A stretch of 50,849 bases of DNA. Source: Dermatophilaceae bacterium (GTDB lineage Bacteria > Actinomycetota > Actinomycetes > Actinomycetales > Dermatophilaceae). This document shows positions 9,660-19,258 of this stretch, piece after piece (within the stretch, counting starts at the first letter, position 1; every line of letters starts with the position of its first letter). A program made the position numbers and the translations under genes. The stretch is taken from positions 1 through 50,849 of the forward strand of contig JBGTGC010000231.1 in NCBI GenBank assembly GCA_041746935.1. The letters run 5' to 3'. The notes below the pieces were generated by a model that made no database searches, was not told where the DNA came from, and worked only from the letters and a program-made list of their open reading frames with translations.

Positions 9660-10529
9660 GTGGGACGAGTAACCGTGCGACACCGCACCCAACGAATGTC
9701 CGTGGACCCCGAATCCGGAGAGCTGACCTGCACGTCCCGCCCGGACACCGTCGTCGTCGAGGAGCCCCTGGAGCTGCGGATCGGCTCCACTCCCCTGACG
9801 GTCACCATGCGCACCCCCGGCCACGACATCGAGTGGCTCCACGGATTCCTGCACAGCGAAGGCATCATCTCCGGCCGCGACGACATCCTGACCGCGCGAT
9901 ATTGCGCAGGAGCGGTGATGGACGACGGCACCGGCACCGACGTCAACACCTACAACGTCATCGAGGTGCAGTTGGCACCCGGCGTGCCGGACCCTTTCGA
10001 GGCCGGGCTCGCCCGATCGTTCGCGACCTCGAGCGCCTGCGGGGTGTGCGGCAAGGCCAGCATCGAGGCCCTGGCTGTGCGCGCGGCATACGACCTGAGC
10101 AGTGACAACGTCCGGGTCGAAGCCGCGACGCTGCTGAAAATGCCCGACCGGCTGCGTGAATCCCAGCCCACGTTCGAGCGCACCGGTGGGCTGCACGCGG
10201 CCGGATTGTTCACCGCCGACGGTGAGTCTTTGGTGGTCCGCGAAGACGTCGGCCGCCATAACGCGGTCGACAAGGTAATCGGCTGGGCCATGCAGCAGGG
10301 CGTGTTGCCGCTGCGTGGACATGTCCTGCAGGTCAGCGGGCGCGTGTCGTTTGAACTGGCCCAGAAGGCCTATCTCGCGGGCATTCCTATCTTGTCCGCG
10401 GTGTCCGCCCCGAGCTCACTGGCCATCGACACAGCATACGACGCAGGTATGACGATCGCGGGCTTTGTGCGCGGCAGCTCGCTCAACGTCTACACCCACG
10501 CGGAACGAATCGTGGGCCCGGCCACATAG
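9660..10529 (+). CDS. fdhD: Formate dehydrogenase accessory sulfurtransferase FdhD
   Basis: EEPLELR, TMRTPG, SSACGVCGK, TGGLHAA, REDVGRHNAVDK, SGRVSFEL, AVSAPSSLA. Start moved to GTG 9660 (MGRVT). Confidence 0.93.
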   Translation: MGRVTVRHRTQRMSVDPESGELTCTSRPDTVVVEEPLELRIGSTPLTVTMRTPGHDIEWLHGFLHSEGIISGRDDILTARYCAGAVMDDGTGTDVNTYNVIEVQLAPGVPDPFEAGLARSFATSSACGVCGKASIEALAVRAAYDLSSDNVRVEAATLLKMPDRLRESQPTFERTGGLHAAGLFTADGESLVVREDVGRHNAVDKVIGWAMQQGVLPLRGHVLQVSGRVSFELAQKAYLAGIPILSAVSAPSSLAIDTAYDAGMTIAGFVRGSSLNVYTHAERIVGPAT

Positions 10530-10542
10530 CCAGAGCCACCTT

Positions 10543-10980
10543 TCAGCGGCGCAGCGGGTTGTCCCATGACAGGTCATCGAACTTGGCGAAGTCACTGTCG
10601 TTCGAGCAGACCGTGCCGCCGCTCTCGATGGCTGAGGCGGCGATCTGGACATCGGTGGTGAGGTTGCCAGCGGTGCCGATCGCTCGGATCAACCCGATGG
10701 CGATGTCCATATGCCGCTCACCGGGTCGAAGAAACACCACATTCGGCCGACTCAGCCACTCTTCGATCAACCCGCCAGCCCGATCAGCCGACAGCGGATG
10801 GGACAAAATCGAGGGATGCGTGGCGATCCTGAGGAACCCAAAGGCCGCCGGTCCGACGAGCCCCACGCGTGTGGTCTGCGACAGCGATTCCTCCCACCAG
10901 GTTTTGGCCACCGTGTGCAGCGCAAACCCCTCGAAGGTGGCGTAGAGCAACACGTTGACGTCGGGAATCAGCAGCGTCAC
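10543..10980 (-). CDS. vapC: VapC PIN-domain toxin (type II TA #2)
   Basis: IPDVNVLLYA, GFLRIATHP, GNLTTDVQIAA, SNDSDF, WDNPL. Confidence 0.92.
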   Translation of the reverse strand: MTLLIPDVNVLLYATFEGFALHTVAKTWWEESLSQTTRVGLVGPAAFGFLRIATHPSILSHPLSADRAGGLIEEWLSRPNVVFLRPGERHMDIAIGLIRAIGTAGNLTTDVQIAASAIESGGTVCSNDSDFAKFDDLSWDNPLRR

Positions 10981-11234
10981 CGTGACTGAGCCTCGATGAT
11001 GCCGGCGTCTTCGATCTCATCCGCCAGCCGGTTCATCGAACCCACGTCGACACTGGCCTGCAGAGTGCCTGGGTGGCTGGTCATCCGGTAGGGCTGCTGC
11101 GGGGCGGCCTCAGATTCGGCCAGTCCCCGGCGAAGCGCGGCGTTGACGACGCGCTTCATCGAGACCCGATCTTGGTGCACCCGGTCCGCGATGAGTTGGA
11201 CCACATCCGGGTCCAGCGTCAGTGTCGTTCGCAT
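10977..11234 (-). CDS. vapB: VapB-type antitoxin
   Basis: MRTTLTLDPDV...SMKRVVNAALRRGL...NRLADEIED from ATG 11234; overlaps the vapC start by 4 nt. Confidence 0.88.
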   Translation of the reverse strand: MRTTLTLDPDVVQLIADRVHQDRVSMKRVVNAALRRGLAESEAAPQQPYRMTSHPGTLQASVDVGSMNRLADEIEDAGIIEAQSR

Positions 11235-11240
11235 GGTGAC

Positions 11241-11269
11241 ATCATGATGCCGCAGCAATGTGCAGTCAA
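11241..11269 (-). promoter_or_regulatory. Sigma70-type promoter of vapBC #2 (probably leaderless) with overlapping CATCATGATG palindrome
   Basis: Minus strand reads TTGACT-17 bp-CATGAT-6 nt-ATG. The palindrome catcatgatg covers the -10 box. Confidence 0.6.
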
Positions 11270-11345
11270 GATGCCACTCCTCCCGCTGCACCGTAAGGTC
11301 TCGGCAGGAAGTGGGGTTGCGTTCCCCATCTACCATAAGAGGACG

Positions 11346-12365
11346 ATGTCTGATCTTCCTTTCCCCACTGCTGGCCCGCTGATCGATCGATTCGACCGGG
11401 TGCACCGTGACCTGCGCATCTCCTTGACCGACCGCTGTTCCCTGCGATGCACCTATTGCATGCCCGAGCAAGGCGTGCCGTGGCTGGCCAAGACCACCAT
11501 GCTGAGCACCGAAGAACTGCTGAAGCTGGCATCTGTGGCGGTGTCGCTGGGGATCACCGAGGTCCGGCTGACCGGCGGCGAGCCGCTGCTGCGCCGCGAC
11601 TTGGTGGATGTGGTCAGCGGGATGGCCGCGATGGAGGGAGCGGAGGGGCCGGTCGAGGTCTCGATGACCACCAACGCACTCGGTCTGGACAAGGCTGCCG
11701 GCGCGCTCAAGGAGGCTGGGCTCAAGCGGGTGAACATCAGCCTCGACACACTAAGGACCGAAACGTTCAAACAGATGGCCCGGCGGGATCGGCTCGACGA
11801 CACGTTGACCGGGATCCGGGCGGCCGCCTACGCCGGCCTGACCCCGCTGAAGCTGAACACCGTGCTGTTGCGCGGCGTCAACGATCACGAAGCCGTCGAC
11901 CTGCTGACCTTCGCGCTGAAGCACGGTTACGAGTTGCGCTTCATCGAGCAGATGCCGCTGGACGCTGGCCACACCTGGCACCGCGAGTCGATGATCACCG
12001 GTGAAGAAATCCACGCACGGTTGCGGACGGCATACGAGCTGACGCCGGTGCCTGCACGCGGGAGTGCCCCGGCCGAGCGGTTCTACGTCGATGGCGGGCC
12101 GGCCACCGTTGGCGTCATCGCGTCGGTGACCTCGCCGTTCTGCGGGAGTTGCGACCGGGTGCGTCTGACCGCCGATGGCCAGCTGCGGAACTGCCTGTTT
12201 GCGGCGGGCGAGACCGACCTTCGGACGCCGCTGCGCGATGGGGCCAGCGATGAGGCGTTGGCGCAGATGTTCCGGGACAGCATCGGCGCGAAGTTGCCCG
12301 GCCACGGGATCAACAACCCCGGCTTCCTGCAGCCCGGTCGCCCGATGAGCGCCATCGGCGGCTAA
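11346..12365 (+). CDS. moaA: GTP 3',8-cyclase MoaA
   Basis: DLRISLTDRCSLRCTYCMP radical SAM motif, LTGGEPLLR, FCGSCDRVRLTADG, C-terminal MSAIGG. Start ATG 11346. Confidence 0.96.
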   Translation: MSDLPFPTAGPLIDRFDRVHRDLRISLTDRCSLRCTYCMPEQGVPWLAKTTMLSTEELLKLASVAVSLGITEVRLTGGEPLLRRDLVDVVSGMAAMEGAEGPVEVSMTTNALGLDKAAGALKEAGLKRVNISLDTLRTETFKQMARRDRLDDTLTGIRAAAYAGLTPLKLNTVLLRGVNDHEAVDLLTFALKHGYELRFIEQMPLDAGHTWHRESMITGEEIHARLRTAYELTPVPARGSAPAERFYVDGGPATVGVIASVTSPFCGSCDRVRLTADGQLRNCLFAAGETDLRTPLRDGASDEALAQMFRDSIGAKLPGHGINNPGFLQPGRPMSAIGG

Positions 12366-12417
12366 GAGCCTATTCTTTCCGGCTCCTCACGGTCGAGACC
12401 GGTCCGCTCGCCAGGGT

Positions 12418-12483
12418 CGACATCCCAAAATGCCCGCGATCTACGCCGTATGGCGCGTGTGTCGCGGGCATTCTGCGACCTCG
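12418..12483. repeat. 66-bp imperfect palindromic intergenic repeat (REP-like), copy 2
   Basis: Arms cgacatcccaaaatgcccgcga / tcgcgggcattctgcgacctcg. Inverted homologue of 3127-3192, between the convergent moaA and MFS genes. Confidence 0.8.
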
Positions 12484-12546
12484 CGGGCAAAGGGGCGCTT
12501 CCGGGGCAGGGCGCCTCGCGGGCTGAGCTCAGGAGGCGGGGCGGGC

Positions 12547-13953
12547 TCAGGGGTCGGGTTGGCAGTCGGAGAGTTTGGCCGGGATGAGCAACCATGAACT
12601 GATCCCACCGACGAGCAGTAGGACGGCGCAAGCCATCAGCGCGCGGTCGAACCCGGCGTCGAACACGGCTGGCACGGCATAGTCGTCACCCGACAGCCCG
12701 ACGAGCACTGGCAGCGCGGCCACCGAGAGCAGCGACCCAGTGCGCGAGATAGCGTTGTTGACGCCGCTGGCGATCCCGGCGTGGCGGTCCTGCGCCGCAG
12801 CGAGCACCGTCGCTGTCAGCGGGGCCACCATCAACGCCAGACCGAGCCCAAAGACCGTCAGCCCTGGGAACACGTCACGCCAAAACGCCGTCTCGGGCCC
12901 CACCCTGAGCAAGCCCAGCACGCCGAGAGACATCACGATCGGACCAAAGGTCATCGGCATCCTGGGCCCGATCTTCACCGCGAGCCGACCTCCACGGGCT
13001 GCTAGGAAGAGCATGCAAAAGGTGATCGGCAGGGTCGCCAGACCGGCCTGCAGCGCCGTATATCCGGCCACCGTCTGCAGCTGCAACACGAGGAAGAAGA
13101 GCAGGGCTCCGAGCGCGGCGTACACCAGCAAGGTCATGAAGTTGGCGGCGCTGAAGGTGCGGTTGGCAAACATCGACAGCGGCACCAGGGGGTATGCCGA
13201 GCGTCGCTGGACCACGACGAACGCAGCCGCAGCCAACACGCCTAGGACCACAGCGATGAGCGCCAGCGCCCCACCCCACTCGATCAGCGCATAGGTCACC
13301 CCCGCGAGTGCGATCACCGCTAGGGCGCTGCCTCGCAGGTCGAAGCCTTTGGTCGATTGCGGGTCACGCGACTCCGGCACCGAGCGCTGAGCGATCGCTA
13401 CCGCCAGAATTGCCACGGGGACGTTGATCAAGAAGATCCAACGCCACGAGGCAAAGTCGATGAGCAGTCCGCCGACCAGCGGGCCGATGGCAGCTGCGAT
13501 GGAGACGAACCCGGTCCACGAACCGATGGCCGGGCTCCGATCGGCCGGGGCGAAGGCTCCTTGGATCATCGCGAGACTGCCCGGCGTGAGGAGGGCACCT
13601 CCGGCTCCTTGCAGGATGCGGGCCACGATGAGCAACTCCGCGGTCGGCGCAAGGCCGCACGCCAGAGACGCGAGCGCGAACCAGACAGTGCCGATCACGA
13701 AGATCTTGCGTCGGCCGAATCGATCGCCGAGGGCACCGCCAAGCAAGATCAACGATGCCAAAGACAACAGGTAGCCGTTGGTGATCCACTGCAACTGAGC
13801 CAACGACGCGTCGAGCTCCTCGCCGATGGTCCGCAGGGCCACGTTGACCACGGTGCCGTCCAGCATCGTCATTCCGGTTCCGAGGGTGGCGGCCGCGATG
13901 ACGGCCCGACCCCCGCCGCTGCGATAGACGACGTAATCAGCTTGCGCGGTCAC
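12547..13953 (-). CDS. MFS transporter, DHA2 (EmrB/QacA-like) family
   Basis: LDGTVVNVAL, GGALGDRFGRRKIF, ARILQGAG, WRWIFLINVP, GIASGVNN. Confidence 0.92.
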   Translation of the reverse strand: MTAQADYVVYRSGGGRAVIAAATLGTGMTMLDGTVVNVALRTIGEELDASLAQLQWITNGYLLSLASLILLGGALGDRFGRRKIFVIGTVWFALASLACGLAPTAELLIVARILQGAGGALLTPGSLAMIQGAFAPADRSPAIGSWTGFVSIAAAIGPLVGGLLIDFASWRWIFLINVPVAILAVAIAQRSVPESRDPQSTKGFDLRGSALAVIALAGVTYALIEWGGALALIAVVLGVLAAAAFVVVQRRSAYPLVPLSMFANRTFSAANFMTLLVYAALGALLFFLVLQLQTVAGYTALQAGLATLPITFCMLFLAARGGRLAVKIGPRMPMTFGPIVMSLGVLGLLRVGPETAFWRDVFPGLTVFGLGLALMVAPLTATVLAAAQDRHAGIASGVNNAISRTGSLLSVAALPVLVGLSGDDYAVPAVFDAGFDRALMACAVLLLVGGISSWLLIPAKLSDCQPDP

Positions 13954-13955
13954 GC

Positions 13956-14195
13956 CTACCCACCCGCGAAGGGGGGCAACACGTCGAGCACGTCAGTATC
14001 GGCCAAGGGGGTGTCGTGGTTGGAGACGTATCGGCCGTCCAGCAACAACGAGCTGTGCCCGACGACGTGGCTCATCCGCGCTCCGTGAGCGGCGCACGCA
14101 GCCGCCAGCACGGCAGCGACGTCATCGCCGGCGACAACCTCTTGGTTGGTCCCAGCCGCCTCAGCAGCAGCCGCGAAGTAGCGCAGTGTCGGCAT
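13956..14195 (-). CDS. moaD: MoaD/ThiS sulfur carrier protein
   Basis: LRYFAAAAEAAG N-terminus, C-terminal DVLPPFAGG, in a Moco gene context. Confidence 0.88.
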   Translation of the reverse strand: MPTLRYFAAAAEAAGTNQEVVAGDDVAAVLAAACAAHGARMSHVVGHSSLLLDGRYVSNHDTPLADTDVLDVLPPFAGG

Positions 14196-14282
14196 ACCTC
14201 TCCCTTCGTCTCCGGCATAGTCTCATCGCTGAGCGCGACGGACCCTGAGGAAGAATCTACCTGGACAGGAACTACTCTTCCT

Positions 14283-14402
14283 ATGGTTCTCAGCATCAAA
14301 GACCCCGACGCGATCGCCCTGCGCTGTGCGGTAATGCTGGTCATCGATGACGGCGCTGAAGACGACATCCTGGGCTACGACGAGCACGGCTTGCCCACCT
14401 GA
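14283..14402 (+). pseudogene. vapB: Internally deleted VapB antitoxin (Rv0623/VapB30-like)
   Basis: Only 39 aa: the family N-terminus MVLSIKDPD is fused directly to the C-terminus AIALRCA...DDILGYDEHGLPT; the central region is missing. Confidence 0.75.
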
Positions 14403-14699
14403 TGGTCATCGACACCTCAGCTCTCATGGCGATTCTCTTCGCAGAGCCAGAGCGCGAGTCTTTCGTGCGTGCCATCGCAGACTCACCACGATCCGTCATG
14501 TCCGCCGAGACATTGATCGAGTGTTCTGTCGTGCTCGAGGCCCGACGTGGGGAGTCGGCCGGTCAGGAGCTCGACCTGTCTCTTCATCGCGCTGGCATCG
14601 ACGTGGTGGCTGCCAATCACGACCGGTGAGCAACTCGTGTACAAGGGGGAGGACTTTGCTCAGACCGACGTCCCGTCAGTTGACCGATCCCTGGCATAA
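14402..14699 (+). pseudogene. vapC: Internally deleted and frameshifted VapC toxin (VapC30-like)
   Basis: MVIDTSALMAILFAEPE...VLEARRG stops at 14629. The tail TGEQLVYKGEDFAQTDV is in another frame ending TAA 14697-14699. The usual LNFGDC segment is absent. Confidence 0.82.
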
Positions 14700-14732
14700 A
14701 GGGTTGGCCCCGATGACAACCTCCGCCCGTTT

Positions 14733-15872
14733 TTAGTAGCGGGGGAGGCTCGGGTCGATGCCGTCGATCCAGGCGAGCATGCCGCCCTGCATGACACGCA
14801 CATCTGAATGCCCCAGGTCGAGCAGATGTCGTGCAGCTCGCTCGGCTCGGGGGCCGGCTTTGCAGGTCACCACCACGGGTCCTTCGCCGAGCCTTGAGAG
14901 GTCATCCCAGGCCAGCACGTCCTGCAATGGAGCCAAGACCGCACCCGCAATGACACCCAGTTCGTGCTCGGCGGGTTCGCGGACATCCAGCACCAAGACG
15001 CCCGCGCCGCGTTCGGACACTTCGGCCGGAGTCATGCTGACCAACGACTCCGGGGTATGCCGGGACGCGGCCGGTGCGGCGACCGACCCCCGCGCAGGGT
15101 TCGGTCGCAAGGGAATCTCGCGAGTCGCCATACCGGCGACGTCAATCAGCATGACCCGACCGAGCAGCGGCTCCCCCGCGCCGGTAATCAACTTGATCGC
15201 TTCAGCGGCCATGATCGATCCGACCTGGCCGACCATCGCGCCCAACACCCCGGCGTCCGCACACGACGGCACGACCTCCGGCGGCGGGGCCGTCGGGAAC
15301 AGGTCGCGCAACTGAGTCGCAAGATCAGAAGGCACCAAAGGTGCCGGCACGAACGTCGAGACCTGTGCGTCGAAGCGCAACACCGCGGCCCAGATCAGCG
15401 GCAGTCCTAGGTCCACGCAGGCGTCGTTGACCAGATAGCGCGTCGGGAAGTTGTCCGTCCCGTCGAGCACGAGGTCGTGCCCGCGGACCAGATCCTGCAC
15501 GTTCTCGGCACTGACCCGGGTATGCCGAGTGCTGACCGAGACCCCCGGGTTCAGCTCGCGCAACGCCCGAGCCGCGCTGTCGACCTTCGGGGTGCCGACG
15601 TCAACCGTGCGGTGCAGCACCTGGCGCTGCAAGTTCGACACCTCCACCACGTCGTTGTCGATGATCGTGATGTGCCCGACACCCGCGGCAGCCAGGTAGA
15701 TCAACGCCGGGCATCCCAGCCCCCCGGCCCCGACCACGCATACCCGCGCGTTCAGCAATCGCCGCTGCCCCGGCATACCAATGCCCGGCACCAAGAGGTG
15801 TCGGGAGTATCGCTCGATCTGCTCCCGAGACAACTCGGGCCCGAGGTCGACGAGCGGCGGCAGGGAGTTCAC
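14733..15872 (-). CDS. moeB: Molybdopterin-synthase adenylyltransferase MoeB/MoeZ with C-terminal rhodanese domain
   Basis: RYSRHLL, VVGAGGLG, SNLQRQ, DGTDNFPTRYL, SCADAGVLG, rhodanese DVREPAE and CKAGPR. Start GTG 15872 preferred. Confidence 0.9.
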   Translation of the reverse strand: MNSLPPLVDLGPELSREQIERYSRHLLVPGIGMPGQRRLLNARVCVVGAGGLGCPALIYLAAAGVGHITIIDNDVVEVSNLQRQVLHRTVDVGTPKVDSAARALRELNPGVSVSTRHTRVSAENVQDLVRGHDLVLDGTDNFPTRYLVNDACVDLGLPLIWAAVLRFDAQVSTFVPAPLVPSDLATQLRDLFPTAPPPEVVPSCADAGVLGAMVGQVGSIMAAEAIKLITGAGEPLLGRVMLIDVAGMATREIPLRPNPARGSVAAPAASRHTPESLVSMTPAEVSERGAGVLVLDVREPAEHELGVIAGAVLAPLQDVLAWDDLSRLGEGPVVVTCKAGPRAERAARHLLDLGHSDVRVMQGGMLAWIDGIDPSLPRY

Positions 15873-15922
15873 CAACCCATCCTCACTCACCACGTCACGC
15901 CGATCCACCGGCGACCGCAGCG

Positions 15923-17665
15923 TCAGATGGTGAAAACGACCAGAGAGTACGGACCGATGTCGACGCCACCTCGACAGTCGCTGTCGACCACGACCTCAGG
16001 CGTCGCGTGGTCGCCAAACAGTTGGCTGTAGGTGCTGGCGTCGCTGTTGAAGCGCACCCGCCAATGATCACCCGCAGCACCCGGCATGCGGATCGAGCCC
16101 GCGACCGCTGAGCCCGAGAAGTTGGCCACCACGACGGCGTGTTGGCCTTCACCATCGCACCGATGAAAGGCAAGAAGTTTGCGCTCCTCGTCCACATCGA
16201 GCAGCGTGATGTGCTCACCGGACAAGGCTGCGGAGTCACCATCGAGGTTGCGACGCAATCGAATGAGATCGCGAAACATCCGCACGATGTCGCGGAACCG
16301 CTGGGCCCGCTCCCAATCCAGCGGCACCGAGTCCCGAAACCACTCGTCTTCCAAGAACTCCTGGCCTTGAAAGAGCATCGGGATGCCCGGAGTGGTGAGC
16401 ACCAGAGCAGCGCCCAGAGTCGCCAACTTCTGCGAATGCCACCCGTCGGCGTTGCCGGCCATGACCTCCGAGGGCACCCGAGCCTTGCCGTTGGCCACCT
16501 CGTCATGCGATTCGGTGTAGACGACCCGGTCGAAGGCGTGGTGGTAACGAGCGGTCACCGCTCGGGCAACGGCCTTCATCGACCGATCCTCGTCGCGGGC
16601 CGCCGCGAGAGCTTCGCGAACCGGGTGGACGAACTGGTTGTCCCACTGGGCGTGCATCGCGGCACCGCCGGCTCCGGTGGAGGTCACGGCCATCTCACCG
16701 TGCAGATCCTCGGCGATCACAATGGCGTCGGGCCGCTCCGCACGCACCGACTCAGCGATCCACCGCATCAGAGACCAGCCTTCGTCGATCTCCCACCCCA
16801 AACCGTCGACGCTGCGCATATAGGGCGTCATGTCGAGCCGCAGCCCGTCGGCGTGGAACTCGCGCAGCCACATCAGCGCGTTGTCTCGGATGAACCGCCG
16901 CACCTCCTCCCGGCCGTAGTCGGGCCGGGTGTCACCCCACGGCGTCGAGCTGCGCCAGTCGTTGTAGAAGTAGATACCACCCTTGTCGTTGTCGCTCCAG
17001 CCGTCGAACTGCCACAGGCCCAGATCGGAGGGGCCAAAGTGGTTGTAGACCACGTCGATGATCACCGCGATGCCGTGCCTGTGCGCCTCTTTGACGAACT
17101 CCCGCAGCGCCTCCGGCCCGCCATAACTCGACTCGACGGCGAAGACGTGCGCCGGGTTGTAGCCCCAGGAATAGTCGCCGGCGAACTCCATCAACGGCAT
17201 CAGCTCGATCGCGTTGATCCCGAGAGCTCGCAGATAGTCGAGCTTGCCGGTCAGGCCTTCGAGATCACCGGCCGTGCCCCGCGAGCCTAAAAACGAGCCG
17301 ATGTGGGTTTCGTAGATCACCATTTCGTGATGCGGCGGGCAGCGGAACTCTTCGTCTTCCCAGTCGAAGGCAAACGGATCGACGATGATGCCGTTGCCGA
17401 TCGAGTTGGTGACCGCGCGGGCATACGGATCGATCCGGTATGCCGTGTCCCCGCCGAGAGCGAGGACGAACTGGTATTCCTGACCCACCTCGGCGCCAGG
17501 CACCTCGGCATACCAGTAGCCGCCGCCCTCGTCGCCCAGTTTGTGCTTGCCGGGGCTCCACCCGTCGAAGTCACCGGTCACCCTCACCCCGTCGGCGTTC
17601 GGTGCCCACACGCGGAAGGCCACGCCGTCGGCATACGGAATCGAACCCATCCCCGAATACGTCAT
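15923..17665 (-). CDS. GH13 alpha-amylase family enzyme with N-terminal CBM48 (branching-enzyme/TreZ-like)
   Basis: FRVWAPNA, IYETHIGSF, SWGYNP, DVVYNHFGP, GLRLDMT, IAED, YTESHDE, PMLFQGQE. Confidence 0.88.
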   Translation of the reverse strand: MTYSGMGSIPYADGVAFRVWAPNADGVRVTGDFDGWSPGKHKLGDEGGGYWYAEVPGAEVGQEYQFVLALGGDTAYRIDPYARAVTNSIGNGIIVDPFAFDWEDEEFRCPPHHEMVIYETHIGSFLGSRGTAGDLEGLTGKLDYLRALGINAIELMPLMEFAGDYSWGYNPAHVFAVESSYGGPEALREFVKEAHRHGIAVIIDVVYNHFGPSDLGLWQFDGWSDNDKGGIYFYNDWRSSTPWGDTRPDYGREEVRRFIRDNALMWLREFHADGLRLDMTPYMRSVDGLGWEIDEGWSLMRWIAESVRAERPDAIVIAEDLHGEMAVTSTGAGGAAMHAQWDNQFVHPVREALAAARDEDRSMKAVARAVTARYHHAFDRVVYTESHDEVANGKARVPSEVMAGNADGWHSQKLATLGAALVLTTPGIPMLFQGQEFLEDEWFRDSVPLDWERAQRFRDIVRMFRDLIRLRRNLDGDSAALSGEHITLLDVDEERKLLAFHRCDGEGQHAVVVANFSGSAVAGSIRMPGAAGDHWRVRFNSDASTYSQLFGDHATPEVVVDSDCRGGVDIGPYSLVVFTI

Positions 17666-17746
17666 CGGCTCACCATAGGCGGGACGTGGACCACGCTATG
17701 ACCTACAGTCGGCACGACTCCATAAAGAGTCGCGTAACGTGAAGGA

Positions 17747-18757
17747 ATGGAATTTCGATACCTCGGCAATAGCGGACTCAAGATCTCTGAAATCACCTAC
17801 GGCAACTGGCTGACCCACGGCTCCCAGGTGGAGAACGACGTCGCCACCCAGTGCGTGCGCGCCGCGCTCGATGAAGGCATCTCGACCTTTGACACCGCCG
17901 ACGTCTATGCAAACACGGTCGCAGAGTCGGTGCTGGGTGAGGCGCTGAAGGGCGAGCGTCGGGAGAGCCTGGAGATCTTCACCAAGGTCTACTGGCCCAC
18001 CGGTCCCGGCGGCAAGAACGACACCGGTCTGTCACGCAAGCACATTATGGAGTCGATCAACGGATCGTTGGCTCGCCTGCAGACCGACTACGTCGACCTC
18101 TATCAGGCGCACCGATACGACACCGAGACGCCGCTGGAGGAGACGATGCAAGCCTTCGCCGACATCGTGCGGCAGGGCAAGGCGCTGTATATCGGGGTCA
18201 GTGAGTGGACCGCACCGCAGATTCGCGCCGGAGTCGAGATGTCCCGCGAGATGGGCTTCCAACTGATCTCCAGCCAACCGCAGTATTCGATGCTGTGGCG
18301 GGTCATCGAGGACCAGGTCGTGCCGACGTCGCGGGAGTTGGGCGTCTCGCAGATCGTGTGGAGTCCGATGGCCCAAGGTGTGTTGTCGGGCAAGTACGAG
18401 CCGGGTGCCGAGCCGCCGGCCGGGTCGCGTGCCGCCGACGAAAAGGGCGGTGCCAACATGATCAAGCGCTTCATGAACGACGGCGTGCTGAAGCGGGTGC
18501 AGAAATTGCAGCCGATCGCTGAGAAGAACGACCTGTCGATGGCCCAGTTGGCGATCGCCTGGGTCCTGCAGAACGACAACGTGGCTACGGCGTTGGTCGG
18601 CGCTTCCCGACCCGAGCAGGTGGGCGAAAACGTCAAGGCGGCCGGGGTCAAGCTCGACGCGTCGACGATGAAGGCCATCGACAAGGCACTGGGCAAGATC
18701 GTCGAGAAGGACCCGAAGAAGACGGCCGAGACGGCACCGCAGACCCGGGTGGCCTGA
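17747..18757 (+). CDS. Aldo/keto reductase (Kv-beta-like)
   Basis: YLGNSGLKISE, FDTADVY, IFTKVY, DYVDLYQAHRYD, YIGVSEW, QPQYSML, WSPMAQGVL. Confidence 0.93.
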   Translation: MEFRYLGNSGLKISEITYGNWLTHGSQVENDVATQCVRAALDEGISTFDTADVYANTVAESVLGEALKGERRESLEIFTKVYWPTGPGGKNDTGLSRKHIMESINGSLARLQTDYVDLYQAHRYDTETPLEETMQAFADIVRQGKALYIGVSEWTAPQIRAGVEMSREMGFQLISSQPQYSMLWRVIEDQVVPTSRELGVSQIVWSPMAQGVLSGKYEPGAEPPAGSRAADEKGGANMIKRFMNDGVLKRVQKLQPIAEKNDLSMAQLAIAWVLQNDNVATALVGASRPEQVGENVKAAGVKLDASTMKAIDKALGKIVEKDPKKTAETAPQTRVA

Positions 18758-18822
18758 CCGGCGCTCGGCGCGTTTTTAAGCAGGCATGACGCAGGTATGC
18801 CGTCAGGACGTAGCGTAGGAAC

Positions 18823-19254
18823 GTGACCCCTGCCGACGGCCCCACTCCGGGAGAGCACAGCGCGGCCCAGCCTGTGAGCGCGTCCGCGGAGCCGGACGGA
18901 AGGGGTTGGCTGGCGCGGCGGATCTTCCCGGACGGCACGACCCCTGACCCTCGGTTCAGTTTGGCCAACGAGCGGACCTTCTTGTCGTGGATCCGCACGG
19001 CGCTGGCCTTGCTGGCCGGGGGTATCGCGGTCGAGGCCTTCGCCGTCCTCGAAGATCCCTACCGCAAGGGCGTCGCAATCCTGCTGCTCGTCCTCGGGAT
19101 GCTGGTCAGCGGAGGTGCGTTCGTGCGCTGGATCGGCGTCGAGCGGGCGATGCGTCATCAAGCGCCGCTGCCGTTGCCGTTGATTGCGCCTGTCCTCGGG
19201 ATCGGTGCGGCGTTGGGCGCACTGGTCGTCATCGTCGTCATTGCCATCGGCTGA
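18823..19254 (+). CDS. YidH/DUF202 family membrane protein
   Basis: PDPRFSLANERTFLSWIRTAL. Confidence 0.88.
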   Translation: MTPADGPTPGEHSAAQPVSASAEPDGRGWLARRIFPDGTTPDPRFSLANERTFLSWIRTALALLAGGIAVEAFAVLEDPYRKGVAILLLVLGMLVSGGAFVRWIGVERAMRHQAPLPLPLIAPVLGIGAALGALVVIVVIAIG

Positions 19255-19258
19255 CGTC

